From positions 1 through 32,108 of the forward strand of contig JACRAO010000075.1 of NCBI GenBank assembly GCA_016213345.1: a stretch of 32,108 bases of DNA. The letters are read 5' to 3'. Below, piece after piece: positions 1 through 8,680 of this stretch (positions are counted from its first letter, which is position 1; every line of letters begins with the position of its first letter). This DNA is from Bdellovibrio sp. (lineage in GTDB: Bacteria; Bdellovibrionota; UBA1018). The notes under the pieces are model-generated. The model searched no databases. It was not told the origin of the DNA and worked only from the letters and a program-made list of their open reading frames with translations. Both the position numbers and the translations under genes were made by a program.

Positions 1-341
1 AGGAAAAAGACCGAACTTCTGAAATAGAACTAAAAATTTTAGAAACTTCAGACATCATTCCTGTAGGAGCTTCGGCAGATATCGAAGTTATTATTGAGCA
101 AAAACTAAGCGTACTTGCCATTCCTACTCGAACGATTTTAGGACGCGGAGATAGTCGTTATGTGTATTGTTATAAAAACGGACAAATCAACAAAACACCA
201 ATAAAAACTGGAATAGGAAATTACGATCGAACAGAAATACTTTTTGGGGTTAATGAAAATGACACTGTAATTTTTCCACCAGAAGATATTGAACTTAAGG
301 ACAAAATGTCAGCAAAAATAGAGTTAAAGCAATGGCCTTAA
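1..341 (+). CDS. C-terminal fragment of a HlyD/MacA-type periplasmic efflux adaptor (5' end outside the window)
   Basis: Frame 3 is open from the window edge to TAA at 339-341 (...GASADIEVIIEQKLSVLAIPTRTILGRGDSRYVYCYKNGQINKTPIKTGIGNYDRTEILFGVNENDTVIFPPEDIELKDKM...). The beta-rich C-terminal pattern is typical of membrane-fusion proteins. The stop overlaps the ATG (332) of the MacB-type ATPase, matching the usual adaptor-ATPase-permease order. Confidence 0.6.
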   Translation, partial: EKDRTSEIELKILETSDIIPVGASADIEVIIEQKLSVLAIPTRTILGRGDSRYVYCYKNGQINKTPIKTGIGNYDRTEILFGVNENDTVIFPPEDIELKDKMSAKIELKQWP

Positions 342-1021
342 TTGAATTAAAAGACGTAACAAAAATTTTTACAATGGGGGATGAAGATATTCGTGCACTT
401 GACCATGTGGATCTAAAAATTCAAGAAGGAGAATTTATTTCTATCATAGGCCCCTCGGGATGCGGAAAATCTACGTTACTTAGTCTTTTGGGACTGCTAG
501 ATCAACCAACAACCGGTGTTTACAAACTTGATGGACAAAGTGTTGAGTCTATCAAAGACGATCAAAAAGCAATGTTACGAAATCAAAAAATAGGATTTGT
601 ATTTCAGACGTTTCATTTGTTACCAAGAGCTAGTGCGTTAAGAAATGTTGAGATGCCACTAGTTTATTCTGCAAACTATAGTGTGCAGCATACAGGTGCT
701 AAAATGAAAGACATGGCACTCGAAGCTTTAAAGAAAGTGTCGCTTACTGATCGGGCAAATCATAAGCCAAATGAACTCTCTGGTGGTCAGAGGCAAAGAG
801 TGGCTATTGCACGAGCACTTGTTAATCATCCCAAAATACTATTGGCGGATGAGCCTACTGGAAATTTGGATTCTAAATCAGGTAATGAAATTTTAGATAT
901 TTTTCAATTATTAAACAAATCCGGAGTAACTGTGCTTTTGATTACACATGACCCAAAAATTGCAGATCGGGCAAGAAGAAAAGTATTAATGCTTGATGGA
1001 AAAATAGTGCCAGAAAAATAA
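332..1021 (+). CDS. ABC transporter ATP-binding protein, MacB/LolD-type
   Basis: Walker A GPSGCGKST, ABC signature LSGGQRQRVAIARAL, Walker B ILLADEPTGNLD and H-loop ITHD. Length of 229 aa fits the family. Confidence 0.92.
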   Translation: MALIELKDVTKIFTMGDEDIRALDHVDLKIQEGEFISIIGPSGCGKSTLLSLLGLLDQPTTGVYKLDGQSVESIKDDQKAMLRNQKIGFVFQTFHLLPRASALRNVEMPLVYSANYSVQHTGAKMKDMALEALKKVSLTDRANHKPNELSGGQRQRVAIARALVNHPKILLADEPTGNLDSKSGNEILDIFQLLNKSGVTVLLITHDPKIADRARRKVLMLDGKIVPEK

Positions 1022-1047
1022 TGGAGAAGAAATAATGGAGGATAGTC

Positions 1048-2253
1048 TTGCCAATTCGTGAAGTTTTGATTTTAGCTTTTGAGTCACTTTACGCCAATAA
1101 ACTTCGTGCAAGTCTTACGATGTTGGGCATGATTATTGGAGTTGGAGCTGTTGTACTATTGGTATCTATAGGAAACGGCGCAAGAAATTATATTACTAAA
1201 CAGTTCGAAGGTTTGGGAACAAATCTTATTGTTGTTCAGCCAGGAAAAACAGATAAGAAAATGTCTTTTGGGCCGCCAGTAGGAAATTCAAAAGAAAAGC
1301 TCACACTTGCAGACGTTGACGCACTCGAAAAACAAAGTGCTTATTTGGATGCTGTTACTGGTATTTTGTTTGGAGCAGGTACGGTAAAAACGCTTGATCG
1401 CTCAAACAACGTCAATATTCTTGGCACTAATGACAAATTTGTAAAAATTTTTAATATTATAGTCACGCAAGGTCAGTTTTTTGCTACTGAAGAAGAGCAT
1501 GGCCGTAGGGTTACGGTATTGGGAGGTCATCTGGCGGAGAGTCTATTTGGGGAGCAAAACCCTGTTGGGCAAATGGTAAAAATTAATGATAGTGAGCATC
1601 GGGTTATTGGTGTTATTAGAAAGGAGGGCACGAAGCTTGGTTTCAATATGGACGATGTGGCGTTTGTGCCCACAAAGACAGCTATGAAAATTTTCAATGA
1701 TGATAAACTTTTTGGTATTCGAGCTCGTGCAAAATCAAAAATTAGCATGGATGATGCAATAGAGGAAATAAGAGATATTTTAAAAGGTCGTCACAATGGT
1801 GAAGAAGACTTTACAATCATGAACCAGTATTCGATGTTAGAGGCGCTGAACACTATATTAGGAATGATGACTTATGTGCTTGCCGGGATTGGTATGATTT
1901 CGATGGTAGTTGGTGGAATTGGGATTATGAATATTATGCTTGTGTCGGTAACTGAACGCACACGAGAAATTGGAATTCGTAGAGCAGTAGGGGCAAGAAA
2001 AAGAGATATTTTGAAACAATTTTTAACAGAAGCAATTGCACTGTCGCTTATTGGTGGAGGACTAGGATTATTTGGTTCGGTTTCTCTGACTTATGTAGCT
2101 TATGGTTTTTTGAGAAGTTTTGATATGAGAGCACCGGCGTGGATTTTTCTTCCGGCATTTTTAATTTCCGTACTAACTGGAGTTTTATTTGGGGTATGGC
2201 CTGCCAAAAAGGCGGCTGCTCTAGAAACTATAGACGCATTGAGGTATGAGTAA
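1048..2253 (+). CDS. ABC transporter permease, MacB-periplasmic-core/FtsX family
   Basis: TTG start preceded by GGAGG. N-terminal TM helix, large periplasmic domain and C-terminal FtsX-like 3-TM bundle (TERTREIGIRRAVGARKRDILKQFLTEA motif). Confidence 0.88.
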   Translation: MPIREVLILAFESLYANKLRASLTMLGMIIGVGAVVLLVSIGNGARNYITKQFEGLGTNLIVVQPGKTDKKMSFGPPVGNSKEKLTLADVDALEKQSAYLDAVTGILFGAGTVKTLDRSNNVNILGTNDKFVKIFNIIVTQGQFFATEEEHGRRVTVLGGHLAESLFGEQNPVGQMVKINDSEHRVIGVIRKEGTKLGFNMDDVAFVPTKTAMKIFNDDKLFGIRARAKSKISMDDAIEEIRDILKGRHNGEEDFTIMNQYSMLEALNTILGMMTYVLAGIGMISMVVGGIGIMNIMLVSVTERTREIGIRRAVGARKRDILKQFLTEAIALSLIGGGLGLFGSVSLTYVAYGFLRSFDMRAPAWIFLPAFLISVLTGVLFGVWPAKKAAALETIDALRYE

Positions 2254-2258
2254 AACTA

Positions 2259-3029
2259 ATGGATTTTGTATCTAATTTTTTGAACAGTTTATTGAGTTTA
2301 GAGCCTGCGCAAAGCCATATTGGGCATTATTTACTTGCTGTCATTGTCACTTATGCTGGTGGAGTGCTCTCAAGTCTTACGCCTTGCGTTTATCCAATGA
2401 TCCCAATTACTGTGAGTGTAGTGGGAGGGATATCGGGTCATTCTCGTAGGTCTTGGAAGGAAGTTCTCTTTCGTATCATAGCGTATATGATAGGGATGAC
2501 ACTGGTTTATTCTTTTTTAGGAGTGGCAGCCGGCTTGACAGGTAAAATTTTTGGGTCTTTTACTAATACCTCTGGGTGGTATTTATTTTTAGGAATAATT
2601 TTGACTTTAGCTTCTCTAATGATGCTCGAAGTTATTAGGTTTGATCCAAGTCAGTTTATTCATAAATTAAAAAGATCTCATACCAAGCAGCATCATTTGG
2701 CAAACCCTAAAGAAGTTACACATCTTGGGGCATTTTTTTTGGGTATTTCGTCAGGTTTTATAGCTACACCTTGTACTACGCCAGCTTTGACCTCGGTGCT
2801 GGCTTTTATTGCACAAACGCAGTCTGTTGGTGTGGGATTACTGCTTATGTTTTCTTTTTCACTGGGATTAAGTACAATTTTGCTCCTGATTGGACTTTTT
2901 ACGGGTGCGTTACAAATTTTGCCAAAATCTGGGAAATGGCTAGAAATGGTAAAATTAACAAGTGGATTGATTTTACTCGCTTTTGCCGGGTATTTGATTT
3001 ATCGATCAGGACAGCTATCTGGAGTGTAA
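2259..3029 (+). CDS. ccdA: Cytochrome c biogenesis / thiol:disulfide electron transporter, CcdA/DsbD family
   Basis: Polytopic membrane protein with the two hallmark Cys-Pro motifs in TM helices (LTPCVYPMIP and ATPCTTPAL). Confidence 0.8.
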   Translation: MDFVSNFLNSLLSLEPAQSHIGHYLLAVIVTYAGGVLSSLTPCVYPMIPITVSVVGGISGHSRRSWKEVLFRIIAYMIGMTLVYSFLGVAAGLTGKIFGSFTNTSGWYLFLGIILTLASLMMLEVIRFDPSQFIHKLKRSHTKQHHLANPKEVTHLGAFFLGISSGFIATPCTTPALTSVLAFIAQTQSVGVGLLLMFSFSLGLSTILLLIGLFTGALQILPKSGKWLEMVKLTSGLILLAFAGYLIYRSGQLSGV

Positions 3030-3034
3030 AAAAC

Positions 3035-4228
3035 ATGTCGCACACTATTAACACAACTAAGAACACAACCAAGAATGTAACGACTAATCCAAACCTAAAG
3101 CTTTATTCTTTATTAATTTTAACTCTCACAGGATTTGTGATTTCTTTTCTCCTTTCAAAACACTTTTATGAAATAAGAAGTGGCTTTGCGTTTTTCAAAT
3201 CTTTTTGCAATATTAATTTTCAATGGAATTGTGATGCTGTAGCATTGAGTCGATACGCTGAAACCTTTTTTGGCATTCCGCTTTCGAACATTATAGCAGG
3301 TTGGTTTTTAAGTTTTTTTGTCATTATACTCTTTGCGTTCAATCGCGATTGGTTTTATGAAACTATCAAAGCAGCTTTTGTTTTTTCTGGGGTTGGTGTT
3401 ATTTTTTCGATTTTTTATCTTGTCATAATGGTTTTTGTTTTAAAAACTTTCTGTGTTTTATGTGTCATTGTTGAGGGTATTAATATTTTATCATTGATGT
3501 TGGTTTTTTTGCTTAAACCTTCTTTGAAAAATCCAGATTTTGCTAAGTGGAAAACATTTGGTATTTCGACCTTAATCATAATGTCTCTGTCTTTATTATT
3601 TTTAAATAACCTAAAACCGGAGTCATTACCCGCTTCTGTTGTTAATGACACTATTGATTCGATTTTGAGTGCTGCACCGGTTTCTGTAGGTGAAGGGAAA
3701 AATCCATTAATATTTGGTTCCAGTGAAGCGCCAATTACAATTGTAGAGTTTAGTGATTTTCAGTGTCCTCACTGTAAACATGGAGCAATTCTTATGAATA
3801 CATTGCTCACTCGTTTTCACAACAAGTTACGTGTTGTGTTTAGAAATTTTCCATTAGATCCTTCTTGTAATCGCAGTATGCAAGGTGGGGGTGGGCATGC
3901 TGTTGCTTGTGAAGCAGCGAAAATAGTGATTTGCGCAAAAGCACAAGGAAAGTTTAAGGAAGTTTACGAATTATTTTTTGATAACCAAGCAAAGCTAGAA
4001 CTTGTTGGGCCATTAAAGTTGGTAAAGCTGGCCAAAAATTTAGAAATTGATGAACAAAAACTATTACAATGCATTAATGCTGAAGACACTCAAAAACAAT
4101 TGTCTTGGGACATAGAGGAGGGAATGCGATTAGGTATTCAGTCCACACCGACTTTTTTTATTAATGGCAGAAAAGTAGAAGGTGCTTTACCAATGGTAAT
4201 TTGGGAAAAAGTTATTGAGCAACTTTAA
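3035..4228 (+). CDS. VKOR (vitamin K epoxide reductase)-DsbA/thioredoxin fusion protein
   Basis: I prefer the ATG at 3035 (same frame as the 2771 ORF) because it removes the overlap with ccdA. N-terminal 4-5 TM domain carries the loop Cys pair (CNINFQWNC) and a membrane CVLC. The C-terminal thioredoxin fold has FSDFQCPHCK plus the cis-Pro region STPTFFING. Confidence 0.8.
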   Translation: MSHTINTTKNTTKNVTTNPNLKLYSLLILTLTGFVISFLLSKHFYEIRSGFAFFKSFCNINFQWNCDAVALSRYAETFFGIPLSNIIAGWFLSFFVIILFAFNRDWFYETIKAAFVFSGVGVIFSIFYLVIMVFVLKTFCVLCVIVEGINILSLMLVFLLKPSLKNPDFAKWKTFGISTLIIMSLSLLFLNNLKPESLPASVVNDTIDSILSAAPVSVGEGKNPLIFGSSEAPITIVEFSDFQCPHCKHGAILMNTLLTRFHNKLRVVFRNFPLDPSCNRSMQGGGGHAVACEAAKIVICAKAQGKFKEVYELFFDNQAKLELVGPLKLVKLAKNLEIDEQKLLQCINAEDTQKQLSWDIEEGMRLGIQSTPTFFINGRKVEGALPMVIWEKVIEQL

Positions 4229-4616
4229 GTTGTTTAGCGTATCCTGTCTTAAAAATAACATGATCCGCTAAAAACAGCACAATTTTGGGTGCCCGGTATG
4301 TAATAGGCAACAACAAGTCGGATCCCTTGTTTTTTTAACCTTTCCATAAAGAAAAGGTCTCCCAAATAAATTGAAACCTGTAAAAACTTATCCAAAGAAA
4401 AATGGAAATAATAGACGTTTCTTATATAAAAGATTGTGCAAGAGAACAGTTTGCAAGTGTAGTGGTGATTGTCGCTTGAGCTCCATTTTGTAAGGTTAGA
4501 GCTTCCACTTTTGTCACATTCGAGCGCTTTGAGTTGATAAAAGATGAAAGTCCGAATTTAGCTATATAAAAGGACTGATGATTGTGCTAAAATCAGACAT
4601 AAGGAGGCCAGTAAAT

Positions 4617-4946
4617 ATGGCTGAAAATCAAATTAGACCCCCGGTACAAACAGCAACTGACATTATTCCTATTGCTAAGTTCAAAGCACAGGCTTCAACC
4701 TATCTTAATCATATTCGCGAAAATAATCATCCACTAGTTATTACACAACATGGAAAAGCAGCTGCCGTTCTGCTCTCTCCGGAAGAATTCGATCGGCTCC
4801 AGAAAATCATATACGAGCGTTACTTTTTAGGTGTGCTCGCTCAAGGACAGACTGATGCACTTCAGGGTCGGACTATTCCACATGAAGAAGTGAAACAACA
4901 ACTTCACCAACGCTATTCCCAGCAAAAAAGGGCCGCTCATAAATGA
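4617..4946 (+). CDS. Type II antitoxin, Phd/YefM family
   Basis: AAGGAGG lies 9 nt upstream of the ATG at 4617. The sequence IPIAKFKAQASTYLNHIRENNHPLVITQHGKAAAVLLSPEEFDRLQ is the classic Phd/YefM N-terminal fold. The stop overlaps the toxin start (ATGA). Confidence 0.8.
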   Translation: MAENQIRPPVQTATDIIPIAKFKAQASTYLNHIRENNHPLVITQHGKAAAVLLSPEEFDRLQKIIYERYFLGVLAQGQTDALQGRTIPHEEVKQQLHQRYSQQKRAAHK

Positions 4947-5248
4947 AAATTGTTTGGAGTCTTGGCGCTCAAACAAACTTACAAGAAATTGGGGATTATA
5001 TTGCACAAGACTCTCCTGATCGTGCCTTCTCTTTTCTTTTTGAGCTCATTGATTACGCTGAAAAAGTATTGATGTTTCCAAGAGCTGGCCGCAAGGTACC
5101 GGAAACAGATCTTGATGAAATACGTGAAGTGATCCATAAAAACTACCGAGTAGTGTACTTAATGCAGAAACACCAAGTTCTCATTCTATCTGTCCAGGAA
5201 GGTCACAAAATGCTAAAAGTCTCTGAAATTTGTGATACAGACATCTAG
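4943..5248 (+). CDS. Type II toxin, RelE/ParE family
   Basis: 101 aa, with a 4-nt overlap onto the antitoxin. The pattern W...A..DL.EI.DYIA.DSP..A..F...I......L..FP..GR...E......RE.......Y...Y is ParE-like. Confidence 0.78.
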   Translation: MKIVWSLGAQTNLQEIGDYIAQDSPDRAFSFLFELIDYAEKVLMFPRAGRKVPETDLDEIREVIHKNYRVVYLMQKHQVLILSVQEGHKMLKVSEICDTDI

Positions 5249-5296
5249 TATTGGAAGCACCGATTCAAAAATGGTCCAGAAACACCGGGGGCTAGT

Positions 5297-5513
5297 ATAC
5301 CATTTAAGTATGTACAAATTTGGAACCTGCTCCACTGGTTGCGCAAAGGCATGGTCGGTTACGGACACACAAAATATTCATAAAGTTTTTGGAAATCTAA
5401 AAATCTGACTCAACAGAACGCATCATGATGTTGAACCGAAACATTTTCCGAGTTGTTTGGACGAGTTTGTTTTTCGATTTAATCTACGCAAGACTCCTAT
5501 GGCTGCAAAATAG
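5297..5513 (+). pseudogene. Decayed C-terminal remnant of an IS1595 (ISXO2-like) family transposase
   Basis: Two short frames read ...IWNLLHWLRKGMVGYGHTKYS* and then ...KHFPSCLDEFVFRFNLRKTPMAAK*. These match the conserved C-terminus of IS1595-family transposases (..FW..LKRG..G.YH.VS.KHL..YLDEF.FR.NRR). The match is broken by a stop or frameshift and no N-terminal part is present. Confidence 0.55.
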
Positions 5514-6019
5514 CAGGCAGTTCTGGAAGTTGGCAAACTGGCAATCAGGCAAGCATGATCAGGATCTGGACCAGGTACCAGGGTTTTGGATGAGTTTATA
5601 AAGAAGAGCTGCAACTTGATCTGCAAGCTCAATCAAGCCATTTTGTTCAATAAGATCAAACTCTCTTGGACTTATTTGGTACTACAGAGTTGATTCATGA
5701 GGCCGATTGTTTAGGTGCTTCTTTGTATTATCTTTGTCGTGGCTGTAGAAACAGTTACAGCAACTGATACCGATACTGATTCTGAGACAGAGACAGTTAC
5801 TGGTTTGATTACTTTGCACCCCACAGCCTGGTTACAAATTTTACACTTGCAGAGTTTATATGCATCTAATTTCAGTATAATGCTCTCCTGCTCAGAATGG
5901 ATATATGTCCTTAAACTCTTTCATTATAAATACTTATCCGAAATGTTTTAAATACAAAAATACTGGCACCAGTTTTGCATGAGTTTATTAATAAGCTTTT
6001 TGGAATGGAATACAAAAAG

Positions 6020-6067
6020 CAGAGAGATTGCCAGAGAGATTGCCAGAGAGATTGCCAGAGAGATTGC
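6020..6067. repeat. Perfect tandem repeat, 4 x 12 bp (CAGAGAGATTGC)
   Basis: Read directly: units at 6020-6031, 6032-6043, 6044-6055 and 6056-6067. The array ends 49 nt upstream of the ATG at 6117. Confidence 0.95.
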
Positions 6068-6116
6068 ATGATACAAAACTGCTGAAATAGAACGTTAATG
6101 ACGGGAGAAGTGATTT

Positions 6117-6608
6117 ATGTCAAAAAATATGAATTATTTAGGTGTTGCATGTTTGTTTTTGAGTCTCTGTTACTTACAAGCATTCACATTCGCTGATGAC
6201 AAAGAAGTTAGCGTGAGAGACCAAGAAGTTATTGACCATCTCAGACAAGTGGAGAAAAGAGTTATTGATAATCATGAAAGAAAAAAAGCAGGTAATAGGT
6301 TTGTTTTAAGTTTTGAGGCAAAAATCATTAAACCACTGGATGATGCAATGGCTGTTTTAAAGGATCCTAATCGCACGCAAGAGCATAAAGATAGAATACA
6401 ATTTCTTTTACAAAGGCCTATTGGGCATTTGAAATATATTTCCGGTGAACTTGAACTTTTGGCGAATTCTAAAAAAGAAGGAGACATTAAGAAGACAGCA
6501 AAAAGACTTCTCTCTAATTGCAACAGATACAATAATATCTTTAAAAAATATATTGCAAGATTCGAGGGAAAAGAAGAGGAATTGAAAGCACGATTAATCG
6601 TTTTTTAA
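6117..6608 (+). CDS. Hypothetical secreted helical protein (first gene of the envelope cluster; probably continues into the next ORF)
   Basis: GGGAGAAG RBS and signal peptide MSKNMNYLGVACLFLSLCYLQAFTFA/DD. The Lys/Glu-rich helical sequence matches no family I recognise. The stop lies at the end of a T6 run. Confidence 0.65.
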   Translation: MSKNMNYLGVACLFLSLCYLQAFTFADDKEVSVRDQEVIDHLRQVEKRVIDNHERKKAGNRFVLSFEAKIIKPLDDAMAVLKDPNRTQEHKDRIQFLLQRPIGHLKYISGELELLANSKKEGDIKKTAKRLLSNCNRYNNIFKKYIARFEGKEEELKARLIVF

Positions 6609-6751
6609 CAACACTGGAAGACGTAACAAGCGAAGCACAAGATGTAGTTAATAACATATTATCGAGATTAGAAACCATAATAGATGATACAAAACAAGAT
6701 CTTATCTCTCTGCGAGATAGTCTTCAGACTGCGTATAGTGATATACGTGAA

Positions 6752-7231
6752 ATGGTCAAAACTGGTAAATCACCGAATCATCCCCGTTCAAATGAGAGTG
6801 AGAGTAAACCAATACAACGTCCAAAACAGGTTGACTTGGCAGGTGCTGAATTACTTAAAGACGAGGCAAGTGCAGTTTATCAATTGCGATGTGCAGTGTG
6901 TATCAAAGACATAAATGAAATGAATGATAAAGTTTTGGAACTTTTAGGGACGTTACGACATGAGCGTGATGACAATAAGAAATCAGAGAAAACAGAAGAG
7001 TTGAAACGAATACTTGATCTTATATTGGTATGTAAAAAACGACTTGAGTGTACGGATACAAAAGCATGTGCTCTTTCTACGGATAAACCATGTCGCATGC
7101 AAGACCTAATGGAAGTGCACAAAGAATACGAAGATGTCAAAGAAGAATCTAGCGCCATACAAGACAAAATTAATGTATTTACTGATTTAAATACACCAGA
7201 AGTCAAGTCAGATCAGGCAGAAGTCAAGTAA
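6752..7231 (+). CDS. Hypothetical Cys-containing coiled-coil protein (likely the C-terminal part of the 6117 gene)
   Basis: The ORF-track start is 6752, but this frame is open and protein-like from 6545 (…FLTTLEDVTSEAQDVVNNILSRLETIIDDTKQDLISLRDSLQTAYSDIRE-M…) with no start codon. This suggests fusion to 6117-6608 by a 1-nt frame change. Confidence 0.6.
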   Translation: MVKTGKSPNHPRSNESESKPIQRPKQVDLAGAELLKDEASAVYQLRCAVCIKDINEMNDKVLELLGTLRHERDDNKKSEKTEELKRILDLILVCKKRLECTDTKACALSTDKPCRMQDLMEVHKEYEDVKEESSAIQDKINVFTDLNTPEVKSDQAEVK

Positions 7232-7243
7232 TGAGGATCAAAC

Positions 7244-7735
7244 ATGAGAAATTATATTTTTATTATTGCAGTTTTATTTGGTCTGATAGGGTGTGGAAAA
7301 TTTTTAGATAAAACTGTTTCTCAATCAAAAACGGATGACTCTCAAAAATCCAATGCTATTGAACCCCTCAAAATTAGCAAGTTTGATATTCAAGAACATC
7401 CAGTTAAGATTACATGGGAAGCAAATATCAATCAAAATGCTGACTATATTATCCAGGCTTGTTTTGAAAATTATATCGATTGTGTAACATATTATCAGAT
7501 CGAATGTTTAGATAAACAAAACTGTATAATCAAAGATGACGCAAATCGTGAAATACAAAATCGTGTAGAACTGAAGAAAGATTTACTTACCGATAAAAAC
7601 ATCAAAAGATTTATTTTCATAGATAATAGGTTTGAATATATTTTTAGTGATGAAAACAATCTCTTGTTTAAAATACGAGCTTATAACCAAACTGCTAATG
7701 GAAATTGGGAATTGTTTTCGCGAGTTGCTCCCTAA
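7244..7735 (+). CDS. Hypothetical lipoprotein
   Basis: Signal peptide with the classical lipobox LFGLIG-C-GK. The mature part is beta-rich, and KITWEAN... possibly indicates an Ig/FN3-like fold. No recognised family. Confidence 0.7.
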   Translation: MRNYIFIIAVLFGLIGCGKFLDKTVSQSKTDDSQKSNAIEPLKISKFDIQEHPVKITWEANINQNADYIIQACFENYIDCVTYYQIECLDKQNCIIKDDANREIQNRVELKKDLLTDKNIKRFIFIDNRFEYIFSDENNLLFKIRAYNQTANGNWELFSRVAP

Positions 7736-7783
7736 GTTGCTCAATGCAGAGTAACTTAAGTTGTGTTTGTAATGGAGTTAGAA

Positions 7784-8680
7784 ATGTCAAAGAGAAGATA
7801 TGTAATTTTCTTTTTAATAATAGGCATACTGCCTGTATCTTGTGGTAAAGTTGTTGAAACAGAGTCAAATCTAAATTTGTCTACACTAGATGCAAAAGAG
7901 AGCATTGATATTCGTAAAAAGACTGCCATACAAATCAAAGACGAACTCAATAAGTTTTTGACTTTAGCTAAACATATTCAGAGAGTAACAGAAATTGTTG
8001 CATATACTCTTGCTTCTCCAATATATAACTCATTGAGCCAGATATTTAGTGTTTCATTGTTTGACACGTTTTTAGTACAAATGTTTACCAGTAGATTTAG
8101 ACTTGTGCTACTGAGATTATCTTACGGAGATGTATATTTTTCTCATAATGGCACATATTTCATTAGCAAAAGATTGCAATTTCCAACTCATCCATATGAT
8201 TTAAATAGTATATTAGAACTTATTAAACAAAACAGACTGTCAGAAGACGTTCAAACTGCGCCATTTAGATTTGACATGCTTAGAAATAAATATACTGATC
8301 TCGATACAACAGAGATTTCTATAACAGACGAATCAAATCAAAATACATTTTTGCTTACAAAATATAAGACTGATAATCTGCTTAAAACAGCTGGCGTTAT
8401 TTATCCAAATAATTTCTATGAACTAAAAACATCTAAAAATACACAAGGCATTTGTCAATTTGGTTTTGAAGTCGATAATATGAATTTTGTTTGTGATAAT
8501 TTTCAGGTTTATAGTTCAGCTACCTTGACAAAAATTGATACATTTCGCCTTAGTGGAGATCTAGAAAATCCAGAAGTTTTTCTAAAAACTATATTTTTGG
8601 GCCCGCAAGGCTCTAAAGCGGAAACAACTTTTACAGGAAAGCTAAATAATTTATCCATAACTACGAGGGTTTTAAATTGA
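7784..8680 (+). CDS. Hypothetical lipoprotein-like exported protein
   Basis: I prefer the ATG at 7784 (GGAG 6 nt upstream) over the GTG at 7763. N-terminus is MSKRRYVIFFLIIGILPVS-C-GK (signal peptide plus Cys). No recognised family. Confidence 0.65.
   Translation: MSKRRYVIFFLIIGILPVSCGKVVETESNLNLSTLDAKESIDIRKKTAIQIKDELNKFLTLAKHIQRVTEIVAYTLASPIYNSLSQIFSVSLFDTFLVQMFTSRFRLVLLRLSYGDVYFSHNGTYFISKRLQFPTHPYDLNSILELIKQNRLSEDVQTAPFRFDMLRNKYTDLDTTEISITDESNQNTFLLTKYKTDNLLKTAGVIYPNNFYELKTSKNTQGICQFGFEVDNMNFVCDNFQVYSSATLTKIDTFRLSGDLENPEVFLKTIFLGPQGSKAETTFTGKLNNLSITTRVLN

Noticed and set aside
2771-3034. The long N-terminal extension of the VKOR-DsbA ORF (track start 2771), which overlaps the last 259 nt of ccdA
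   Set aside because: The extension is just the alternative frame of ccdA. An in-frame ATG at 3035, 5 nt after the ccdA stop, gives a sensible N-terminus leading into the first VKOR TM helix.
5423-5951. ORFs 5423-5632 (-) and 5715-5951 (+) as real genes. The latter has a TDTDTDSETETVT low-complexity run.
   Set aside because: The first is antisense to the IS1595 remnant. The second starts with a non-canonical context, has no RBS or recognisable fold, and lies in decayed DNA. The acidic repeat reflects imperfect short DNA repeats, not a known motif.
6020-6067. CRISPR array
   Set aside because: The 12-bp units are directly adjacent with no spacers and are far shorter than CRISPR repeats. No cas genes are present in the window.
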